Assembly (NCBI GenBank): GCA_015064355.1
Contig: SVSJ01000004.1
Span: 22,120-86,119, forward strand
Direction of reading: 5' to 3'
Source: Oscillospiraceae bacterium
GTDB lineage: Bacteria; Bacillota; Clostridia; Oscillospirales; CAG-272
DNA length: 64,000 nt
This document shows positions 54,801 through 62,563 of this stretch, one piece after another. Numbering within the stretch: the first letter of the stretch is position 1; each line of letters starts with the position of its first letter. A model generated the notes under the pieces. The model made no database searches, was not told the origin of the DNA, and was given only the letters and a program-made list of their open reading frames with translations. The translations under genes and the position numbers were made by a program.

Positions 54801-54848
54801 AAATACTGCCCAAACAAAAAGCGGGGTGATGAACCTCGCTTTTAATGA

Positions 54849-55559
54849 TTAATCTATTAATGGCAAATCTGAATTCAAAAGATCCCAATTATCTTTATAT
54901 TTCTGTAGAAACTCTTTTTTCCCTTCCTCTGTAAATTCCTTAATATCTGTGTAGGAATTATTTATAATAAACATGTTACTTTCCTGATCTCTTCCGAGCA
55001 CCGGAGAAGGAATTGAAAATGCAATTTTTCTTTCAACAGCGTACTTTTCATACTCACTATTTATTTCAACAACGGTTTGCCAAAGCAATTCAAGCTCATT
55101 ATCATTTAGCATTCTGTATTCCGGCAAAACCAAATCGGCAAAGTAAGCACAGTGATATTTATACTTAATAGACTCATCGATTTTCCAGTCCATACTGCTC
55201 TTGTCAAGAAGATTCTTTAGTACAGTATATTCATAATCACTATCAATACGGTAATAAAATTTTGAAAACTCTCCTGCAACTAACCCGCGATTCATTACCC
55301 AATCGGAGACACTTGCAACGTGGCACTCAACACCATTGATCACCGCATCCCATTCACGGAACTCCCAATCGAATTCATCGTTTGTGTCGATGTATTTTTC
55401 TGAAACTATTACAGCATTGGGGTCAATTGATTTAGAATATTTTAAGATTTCGTCATAGGTATGATGTTTTTTTGTCCATCCATCGGGCGGAGCAAAATAG
55501 CAACCGGATAGACTAAAAATTAATAATAAACATAATACTACGGATGATACTTTTTTCAT
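54849..55559 (-). CDS. Hypothetical lipoprotein in a low-GC patch
   Basis: Start set at ATG 55559 (MKKVSSVVLCLLLIFSLSGC is a lipobox). 236 aa with no recognisable family. Hand counts over 54901-55020 give about 32-35% GC, against about 47% in the adjacent blaI-family gene. Confidence 0.65.
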   Translation of the reverse strand: MKKVSSVVLCLLLIFSLSGCYFAPPDGWTKKHHTYDEILKYSKSIDPNAVIVSEKYIDTNDEFDWEFREWDAVINGVECHVASVSDWVMNRGLVAGEFSKFYYRIDSDYEYTVLKNLLDKSSMDWKIDESIKYKYHCAYFADLVLPEYRMLNDNELELLWQTVVEINSEYEKYAVERKIAFSIPSPVLGRDQESNMFIINNSYTDIKEFTEEGKKEFLQKYKDNWDLLNSDLPLID

Positions 55560-55705
55560 AGATTCCACCCCCCTCAACTTTATTATATCATATAGCAAAA
55601 ATAAACTCAATCACAAGAATTAGAAATATAGTTTACTTTTTGCCGTCATCCCAAACGATCACCTTTCCAAAAAAGAAATAATCCCTCGACAACACAAATA
55701 AAAAA

Positions 55706-55738
55706 ATCCCTGCACATATTGAATGCACAGGGATGATT
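55706..55738. terminator. Bidirectional terminator-like hairpin
   Basis: atccctg..cagggat stem, with aaaaaaa upstream and gattttta downstream. Immediately 3' of the minus-strand membrane-protein gene. Confidence 0.6.
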
Positions 55739-55739
55739 T

Positions 55740-56159
55740 TTATACGTTATAGAATTTCACGTACCAGATAAGTGTGAGGACAACTCCAATGATGAGGAAG
55801 AAAAGTCCGGTTACTAAAATACAGCTGTTATTTCGTTTTTTTGCCTCGCTGAGTTTACGCGCACGGTAATCGGCGTATCTCTCTTGTCTTGCTCTGCCCA
55901 TAGGGATAAATGTCAGCACCACGTTTCTGAGAACGAAGCTAATGCCTATAAGCGCGCCTTCGCTGCTTACATACATCATGCCCGCAAAAAGGGACATCAA
56001 TATGCCGGCGACGAAGAATGCGTCTGCCAAAATCTGGACATTTACCGCCGCGCTTTGTGTGAAGAATCCTTTTGACCAGATCACAAGAAATGCGATAAGC
56101 AATTCAACGCCACAACAAACACCGTATTTTATTAATTTTACTTTGGTTTCCTCTTTCAC
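55740..56159 (-). CDS. Small integral membrane protein (3-4 TM), function unknown
   Basis: 139 aa, hydrophobic helices separated by the basic loop RARQERYADYRARKLSEAKKR. Lies just downstream of oppF. Confidence 0.6.
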   Translation of the reverse strand: MKEETKVKLIKYGVCCGVELLIAFLVIWSKGFFTQSAAVNVQILADAFFVAGILMSLFAGMMYVSSEGALIGISFVLRNVVLTFIPMGRARQERYADYRARKLSEAKKRNNSCILVTGLFFLIIGVVLTLIWYVKFYNV

Positions 56160-56182
56160 AGTCGTTTAACCGTCCATCTTAA

Positions 56183-57442
56183 TTACTTAACAGCTTCCTT
56201 GTATTTTTTCTCTTCTGCGTCGTTGCAGTACACGAAATGTCCAGGTGTGATCTCGCGGAACGAGGGTGTATCCACGGAGTAATCGTGCTCCGCAATGGGA
56301 TTGTAGTGAATTCTTGTACGCTGCTTCTCATATACCGGGTCGGGCAACGGGATAGCAGAAAGAAGAGATTTCGTATAAGGATGCAAGGGGTTCTTGAAGA
56401 GCTCGTCCGAATCAGCAAGCTCAACCATCTTACCGAAGTACATAACGCCGATTCTGTCGGAGAAGTATTTAACTACCGACAGGTCATGTGCGATAAACAT
56501 AATGGTAAGACCAAGTCTCTCACGGAGATCGTTGAGCAGGTTGATTACCTGAGCCTGAATAGATACGTCAAGAGCAGAGATAGGCTCGTCTGCGATAATC
56601 ATCTCAGGCTGCATAATAACAGCTCTGGCGATACCAATACGCTGACGCTGACCACCGGAGAACTCGTGAGGATAACGGTCAGCATGCTCGCGCACAAGGC
56701 CAACCATCTCGAGGATCTCGTACACCTTCTCGTTGATATATTCCTTATCGGTAATACCGTTGATAACAAGTCCTTCAGCGATAATATCGCGTACGGTCAT
56801 ACGGGGGTCAAGAGAAGCAATAGGGTCCTGGAAGATCATCTGGATCTGGGTGATGAGCTTGCTTTTCTTTGCAACGCGAATGCGGTTAGTATACTCTTTT
56901 TTGAGTTTCTTAAGCAGCTCGTCGTCACCTTCTGCAGCGCTGAATTTCTTTGCATACTCTTCGTCAAGAGACTTTACAAGAGACTCAACATACTGCTTGT
57001 CAACAAGCTTGCTGTCAGACTTTGCATCTCTGAGGAGAGCCTGGTTCTTCGCAACTGTTTCAGCGAGTTCTTCGTTGATCTTCTTGATCTCTTCTTTGAT
57101 CTCAGCCTTTCTCGCATCATCTGCATCCTTTTCAGCGCGGAGAAGCTTGATCTTCTTGGCTGCATCTGCACGGGCGTTGGTGATCGCGTCCTTATAAGCA
57201 CGTGTGCCGGCACCGATTCTCTGGCCCTTAAAGTATACGTTACCGGAGGTAATGTTGTACAGCTTGATAATGGAACGACCTGTTGTGGTCTTACCGCAGC
57301 CGGACTCACCTACGAGACCGAAGGTTTCACCCTTTCTGATCTCAAAGCTTACATCGTCAACAGCCTTAAGGTCCTTACGTCCCAAACGGAAATACTGACA
57401 AAGGTGGTCCACTTTTAACAATACTTCATGATTATTCTCCAT
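56183..57442 (-). CDS. oppF: Oligopeptide-type ABC ATPase (OppF-like) with a ~115-aa charged helical insert
   Basis: 419 aa. Walker A GESGCGKTT (aa 45-52), Q-loop IQMIFQDP only at about aa 199-206, FSGGQRQR, IIADEPISALD. Residues about 78-195 are Ala/Lys/Glu-rich and heptad-like. Confidence 0.88.
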   Translation of the reverse strand: MENNHEVLLKVDHLCQYFRLGRKDLKAVDDVSFEIRKGETFGLVGESGCGKTTTGRSIIKLYNITSGNVYFKGQRIGAGTRAYKDAITNARADAAKKIKLLRAEKDADDARKAEIKEEIKKINEELAETVAKNQALLRDAKSDSKLVDKQYVESLVKSLDEEYAKKFSAAEGDDELLKKLKKEYTNRIRVAKKSKLITQIQMIFQDPIASLDPRMTVRDIIAEGLVINGITDKEYINEKVYEILEMVGLVREHADRYPHEFSGGQRQRIGIARAVIMQPEMIIADEPISALDVSIQAQVINLLNDLRERLGLTIMFIAHDLSVVKYFSDRIGVMYFGKMVELADSDELFKNPLHPYTKSLLSAIPLPDPVYEKQRTRIHYNPIAEHDYSVDTPSFREITPGHFVYCNDAEEKKYKEAVK

Positions 57443-59633
57443 GGTTGCCTCCTCTTTCCTTCATGCGCTGGATACGTTCAGTAATTATCTTGGGAATTTC
57501 TACCTTAGGTGCGTTAGGATGGAGCAGCCAGGTTGCAGCAAAGTGTGTGGGAGAAACCTCATACATCGGAGGCTGCATTTCAAAGTCTATCTCCATTGCA
57601 TACTTATTTCTTTCAGCAAACGCATCGCCTACAGGGGGATAAATCATATTCGGGGGAGTACCGGGGATCGCATCCAACTTTTCGTTGGTATCGAGGTCAG
57701 GCATAGAGGAAAGCAGTGCCCATGTGTAGGGATGCTGAGGATTATAGAATACCTCTTCTGCTGTGCCGTACTCTACGATCTTACCTGCATACATAACGGC
57801 AATTCTGTCCGCCATGTTTGCAACGACGCCAAGGTCGTGGGTAATAAAGATGATAGAAAGGTTGTGTTCGCGCTTGAGGCGGTTAATAAGCTCAAGGATC
57901 TGCGCCTGAATTGTAACGTCAAGTGCAGTTGTGGGCTCGTCACAAATAAGAACATCGGGGTTAGCAGAAAGCGCGATAGCGATAACAATACGCTGACGCA
58001 TACCGCCGGAGAATTCAAACGGATACTGTCTGTAACGCATTCTCGCTTCGGGAATACCAACCTCTTCCATAAGCTTGATAGCTTTTTCCTTTGCGATTCT
58101 CTTGGTGAGTGTGTAAACTACCTGAGACGCCTTCGCCTTGAGGTAATCGATGATGTCGATACAATGCTTGTCAACATCAAAGTTCAAAGCATTTTCAACA
58201 TCTGCCTTAAACTTATTCATTACGCGAGTGAGAACGGAAACGATTGTTTCGATCTGCACTTCGGGCTCGATAACAGACTTAGGAACGATCTTCCAGTCAA
58301 CAGTCTTGCCCTTTGCAAGGAGTGCTTCTCTCTGCGCGGTCTGACGTGCAAAGCGAGCTTCCTCCTTGGGATTATTCTTAATATAGAAGAAGTACTTGTC
58401 AACTTCTCTTTCGATAGCTCCACCAAAGGTATAAGCTACGTTATCCTTAACAACAGCAAGGGGATCGATAGCTGCGAGAACGCTCTGGTTTGCGCGCTTC
58501 CAGGTTGCATCTGCATCTTTTGCAGAGAAAGATCCTGCTTTGAAGAAGCTGATAGCATTTTCAAGCTCTGCAATAGCAGCCTTCTTGTTTTCGATGGTCT
58601 TGTTAAAGGAATACTGAACTGCAATCTTTACAAGAGCAAGGAAGGAATCCATAAAGTTCTCGTTAAGGAACTTAATGGCAAGCTCGTTAGCCTCTTCTGC
58701 GGGCATCTTGCTAAGGTCGGTTTCGGGATTCTTGTATACGTAATAACCGATTCTGAAGAAGTTATACTGGGGCTGCTCAACCATGTCCTTTGCAGTCTGC
58801 TTAAGTGCTTCGAGAGCTTCAACAACCTCAGCAGATGCCTTGTTTTTAGCGGCACCCTTACCGGTGTTCTTCTTGGAAGCACGAATAGCACTATCAAGTG
58901 CAGCAGCATGTCCCTTAAGGCTATCTGCGTACTTGGATGTAAAGTACTTGTCATTGATATCCTTAAGCTTGCGGCGAATAACGCTAATAGCTGATGCTAC
59001 GTCAACCTTCTGATTCTTCTCTGTGAGGAACAGAAGATCCTCGATAGCCGCGATCATTTCTTCAGCAGCGGTACGTGACTCGTTGTAGCTGTTCTCAAGC
59101 TTTATAGCCTGAATATTGAAGTTATCAAAGGTCTTGATATACTTGTCGATTTCAGCGGCAGAAATGCTTGTATTGCCGGATTCAGCAACAGCTTTCTTCA
59201 TAATATCGGACATTTCCGCAAGAGTCTTGTTAAATGTTACGCGACCCTCTTTGCGGTTTGCCTTATTCTTAAGAAGCATAGCCTCGGTGATCTGTCTACC
59301 GATTCGCATAATGGGGTTAAGTGCAGACAAGGGATCCTGGAAGATCATAGCGATCTTGTCACCACGAAGCTTATGCATTTCTTCTTCGGGAATACGCATA
59401 AGGTCCTGGCCGTCATAAAGAATCTCGCCGCCTTCAAAGATAGCGTTACCTGCGGAAATACCCATAATCGCCTTGGAGGTTACAGACTTACCGGAACCGG
59501 ATTCTCCAACGATAGCAAGAGTTTCACCCTTGTAAAGGTCGAAGGAAATGTTACGTACTGCCTGTACCTTACCGCCGTCTGTACGGAAGGAGATTTTCAG
59601 GTCATTTACTGATATTTTGATCTCTTTATTCAT
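57432..59633 (-). CDS. oppD: Oligopeptide-type ABC ATPase (OppD-like) with a ~390-aa insertion in the helical subdomain
   Basis: 733 aa. Walker A GESGSGKS, Q-loop IAMIFQDPLSALNP near aa 95. The signature FSGGMRQR and Walker B LICDEPTTALD appear only after about aa 560. The intervening region is predominantly helical-looking and has no ABC motifs. Confidence 0.88.
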   Translation of the reverse strand: MNKEIKISVNDLKISFRTDGGKVQAVRNISFDLYKGETLAIVGESGSGKSVTSKAIMGISAGNAIFEGGEILYDGQDLMRIPEEEMHKLRGDKIAMIFQDPLSALNPIMRIGRQITEAMLLKNKANRKEGRVTFNKTLAEMSDIMKKAVAESGNTSISAAEIDKYIKTFDNFNIQAIKLENSYNESRTAAEEMIAAIEDLLFLTEKNQKVDVASAISVIRRKLKDINDKYFTSKYADSLKGHAAALDSAIRASKKNTGKGAAKNKASAEVVEALEALKQTAKDMVEQPQYNFFRIGYYVYKNPETDLSKMPAEEANELAIKFLNENFMDSFLALVKIAVQYSFNKTIENKKAAIAELENAISFFKAGSFSAKDADATWKRANQSVLAAIDPLAVVKDNVAYTFGGAIEREVDKYFFYIKNNPKEEARFARQTAQREALLAKGKTVDWKIVPKSVIEPEVQIETIVSVLTRVMNKFKADVENALNFDVDKHCIDIIDYLKAKASQVVYTLTKRIAKEKAIKLMEEVGIPEARMRYRQYPFEFSGGMRQRIVIAIALSANPDVLICDEPTTALDVTIQAQILELINRLKREHNLSIIFITHDLGVVANMADRIAVMYAGKIVEYGTAEEVFYNPQHPYTWALLSSMPDLDTNEKLDAIPGTPPNMIYPPVGDAFAERNKYAMEIDFEMQPPMYEVSPTHFAATWLLHPNAPKVEIPKIITERIQRMKERGGNHGE

Positions 59634-59635
59634 GT

Positions 59636-61216
59636 TTAGTCCTCCGTTCCTCTGAGCGACGGGTTGAACGCATCGCGTAATCCGTTACCGAACAAGTTGA
59701 AGCTGAGCATCAAGAGAACCAAGAATAGGCAGGGGAACAGTGCAACGTAGCCGGCATTTGCAACGATAGACTTCTGTCCTGCTGCAATAAGTGTACCAAC
59801 ACTGGTGGTATTACCTGCTTCAAGGTTAATGATACCCAAGTAAGAAAGGCTGGTCTCAGAGTAGATCATTGAGGGAATTGACAGAGCCATACTTGTTACG
59901 ATGGTGCCGAGACCGTTGGGGAAAATGTGCTTAAACATGATTCTTGTATCACGTGCACCAAGTGTTCTTGCCGCCAGAACATATTCCTGATTCTTGAAGC
60001 GGTAGAACTGCATACGAGTTCTTCCTGCCATGCCGATCCATCCTGTCGCAAAGAAGGCTATGAATAGAACGAGCACCTGGCTTGTTGCACCCATGTGGTA
60101 TTTCAAAAGTGTAATAACGATCATTGAAGGTACAGAACCCAAAATTTCGGCAAATCTTTCCATGAAGAGGTCGATCTTGCCTCCGAAGTAACCGGAAATG
60201 GAACCCCAGATTACACCTACGATGAAGTTAACCGCGACAACGATAAGAGCGAAAACAAAGGAGAATCTTGCACCGTATGCAAGGCAGGCAAAGATATCCT
60301 TACCTGTTTCAGTTGTACCAAACAGGAAGAGAGGCTCTTTGATGCCGTCCTTCTTTACTTCGTTGTGCTGGTAGATATAATATTCGTAGTATTCTGTTCT
60401 AACTTCGATACCGCCGTCAACCTTACGGCCGTATACGTAGTGGTAATACTTTCCGTCTTCTTCAACGCCCTGCTCTCCTTCAATTCTGAGGGAGTTATAA
60501 TCTGCCATAAGGCTGTTAGCCTTGCCAACTTCGTACTTCCAATAGTTATTGATGATTTCACCATTCTCATCAAGCAAGGGACGAAGAATAGTTGCCTTAG
60601 GATTTTCTACCTTATAGTAGATATTAGCGTCGTATTTGTTCTTTTCAAGGGTAGGTCTGTCCTTGAGCTTAACAACAGGATAAAGAACCTGTTTGCCTGT
60701 TTCGTTCTGATATCTCTGAATATCATTAAACTCTTCAGGAGAGATGATCTTATACTTACCGAAGCCAACGCCATAATAGGTGTCATAACGGTAAGTATAA
60801 TTTGCACCGTCTTCACTAACAGTGTATTCACCGTTTTTGATTACTTCTCTGCCTGTTTCGGAAGCGAGAGCAAAGTCCTTAAGATATCCGATTAAGTTTG
60901 TGTTCTTTACCTTGCAGCCATCCCAGAAGTTAATATCACTGTTGGCAAACAGGTTTGACTTAGGTGTTACGTATGCATAAACCATATCGTAATATGCGGG
61001 CTGGAAAGGTGTAAAGAAAGGTGCGATTATCGCGAAAAGGAGCAAGACAGCAATGATTATACCGGCAACAACTGCGCCCTTGTTCTTTGCAAAGCGCTTG
61101 AAAGCACCCTGAAAATAGCTTACGGGCTTTGTTTCAAATTTGCTGTCATGATATATATCATTTTTTGTCGCAAACTGGAATTTTTCTGCGGGGATATTAT
61201 CAATATTATAATTCAT
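59636..61216 (-). CDS. oppC: Oligopeptide-type ABC permease (OppC-like) with a ~250-aa extracytoplasmic insertion after TM1
   Basis: 526 aa. TM1 is VVAGIIIAVLLLFAIIAPFF; a long hydrophilic region follows up to about aa 315. The rest is a canonical BPD core with VLAARTLGARDTRIMFKHIFPNG. Confidence 0.88.
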   Translation of the reverse strand: MNYNIDNIPAEKFQFATKNDIYHDSKFETKPVSYFQGAFKRFAKNKGAVVAGIIIAVLLLFAIIAPFFTPFQPAYYDMVYAYVTPKSNLFANSDINFWDGCKVKNTNLIGYLKDFALASETGREVIKNGEYTVSEDGANYTYRYDTYYGVGFGKYKIISPEEFNDIQRYQNETGKQVLYPVVKLKDRPTLEKNKYDANIYYKVENPKATILRPLLDENGEIINNYWKYEVGKANSLMADYNSLRIEGEQGVEEDGKYYHYVYGRKVDGGIEVRTEYYEYYIYQHNEVKKDGIKEPLFLFGTTETGKDIFACLAYGARFSFVFALIVVAVNFIVGVIWGSISGYFGGKIDLFMERFAEILGSVPSMIVITLLKYHMGATSQVLVLFIAFFATGWIGMAGRTRMQFYRFKNQEYVLAARTLGARDTRIMFKHIFPNGLGTIVTSMALSIPSMIYSETSLSYLGIINLEAGNTTSVGTLIAAGQKSIVANAGYVALFPCLFLVLLMLSFNLFGNGLRDAFNPSLRGTED

Positions 61217-61219
61217 AAA

Positions 61220-62227
61220 TTACTTAGCCCCCATTCTGATTCTCGGGTCAATGAAACCGTAACTGATATCGATAACGATACCTGCTGTAAGGCTTACCAA
61301 GGTATAGAAGCCGGAGAGCAGCATAAAGAAGTCGTAGTCCTGGAATGTGATGGAGTTAAGATAAAGTCCACCAACGCCGTTGATCGCAAAGATCTTCTCA
61401 ATAATAAGTGAACCGGAAAGAACAGAGATAAATTCACTGAGAATTGAGGGGAAGATTACAACCATTGAGTTACGCATTGCATGACGGTAGATAGCCTGAC
61501 TCTTTGTAAGGCCTTTTGTTCTCGCCAGAAGCATGAATTCTCCTGTAAGCACTTCGGAGAGCTCTGCACGGGTGTATCTTGCATAACCTGCAATAGAACC
61601 CAAGCACAAAGCAAATACAGCCGGAATCATAGAGCGGAATACTTCCCAAGTGAAGTAATCGTCGCTCGTCGACATCGTCAATGGGAACCATCCGAGCTTA
61701 AAGCAGAATACATACTGGAGCATAAGAGCCAATACAATTGAGGGAACCGATATCAACAAAATAATGAAAATATTGATCACCTGGTCCTGCCACTTATTCT
61801 TTTTAAGCGCAGCCAAAATACCCAAGCCAAGACCGATCGGTACACCGATGAGGGTTGAGTAAATGTTTATCAAAATTGTCGGCGGAAGATGGCTAACAAA
61901 TACCTTCCAAATGTTCATGTTAAGGTATTCACCATAGGTGGTTACAATACCGAAGTCGCCTTGTGTCACTATTCTCTTGATATAGGTTCCGAACTGGATC
62001 AATATCGGTACTCGGTCGTAGGTCCATACGCCATTTTCACCCTCTTTAATGTTGGTGATCCAGCCTCTACCCTCGAGAGTCTTCATAACGATCTCAGGGT
62101 CCTGGCCAGGAAGAGCATTAGTGGGGATAGGCAGAAGCTTGATAAGCACAAAGCACATCGTGAAAATGATGAAGAATGTGAACAGCATCAAGCCCAAACG
62201 CTTCGACACATATTTAAACATATACAT
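61220..62227 (-). CDS. oppB: Oligopeptide-type ABC permease (OppB-like)
   Basis: 335 aa. N-terminus MFKYVSKRLGLMLFTFF.., EAA-type LLARTKGLTKSQAIYRHAMRNS. Confidence 0.9.
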   Translation of the reverse strand: MYMFKYVSKRLGLMLFTFFIIFTMCFVLIKLLPIPTNALPGQDPEIVMKTLEGRGWITNIKEGENGVWTYDRVPILIQFGTYIKRIVTQGDFGIVTTYGEYLNMNIWKVFVSHLPPTILINIYSTLIGVPIGLGLGILAALKKNKWQDQVINIFIILLISVPSIVLALMLQYVFCFKLGWFPLTMSTSDDYFTWEVFRSMIPAVFALCLGSIAGYARYTRAELSEVLTGEFMLLARTKGLTKSQAIYRHAMRNSMVVIFPSILSEFISVLSGSLIIEKIFAINGVGGLYLNSITFQDYDFFMLLSGFYTLVSLTAGIVIDISYGFIDPRIRMGAK

Positions 62228-62484
62228 AGGTTTTTCTCCTCTGTTTTGTTGTTTTCTAATTCATAGTGTTCGAGCCCAATAAAGCAGTTGTTTATAAAAA
62301 TCTGTGCGTAATAATTCCACGCACTGCTCAAACTAACGTTTTAAAATATCAGAAATACTTCGATTAATAGTTTTTATTATAACTGTTATTAAGCCTGTCG
62401 CTTGCTATTATCTGTCTTGTAAAAATTTTATCTTTTTCTGTAAGAATTCTATCCTTACTAATAATATCAAATGCCATACAATCC

Positions 62485-62516
62485 AAACCAGCGGTGGGCA
62501 AAATAACCCACCGCCG
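62485..62516 (-). terminator. Hairpin (partial terminator or attenuator) after oppA
   Basis: gcggtggg (62491-62498) pairs with cccaccgc (62507-62514). On the minus strand only a weak U-tract (tggtttgg) follows. Confidence 0.4.
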
Positions 62517-62563
62517 TCGGAATTGATTTAACTAATCTGAGTTATTCAGTCAGTAATCTGAAA

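Noticed and set aside
56237-58994. Two long plus-strand ORFs (393 and 517 aa) antisense to oppF and oppD
   Set aside because: Both are antisense shadows of strongly codon-biased genes. They have no motifs, RBS or promoter, and the minus-strand products carry full ABC ATPase motif sets.
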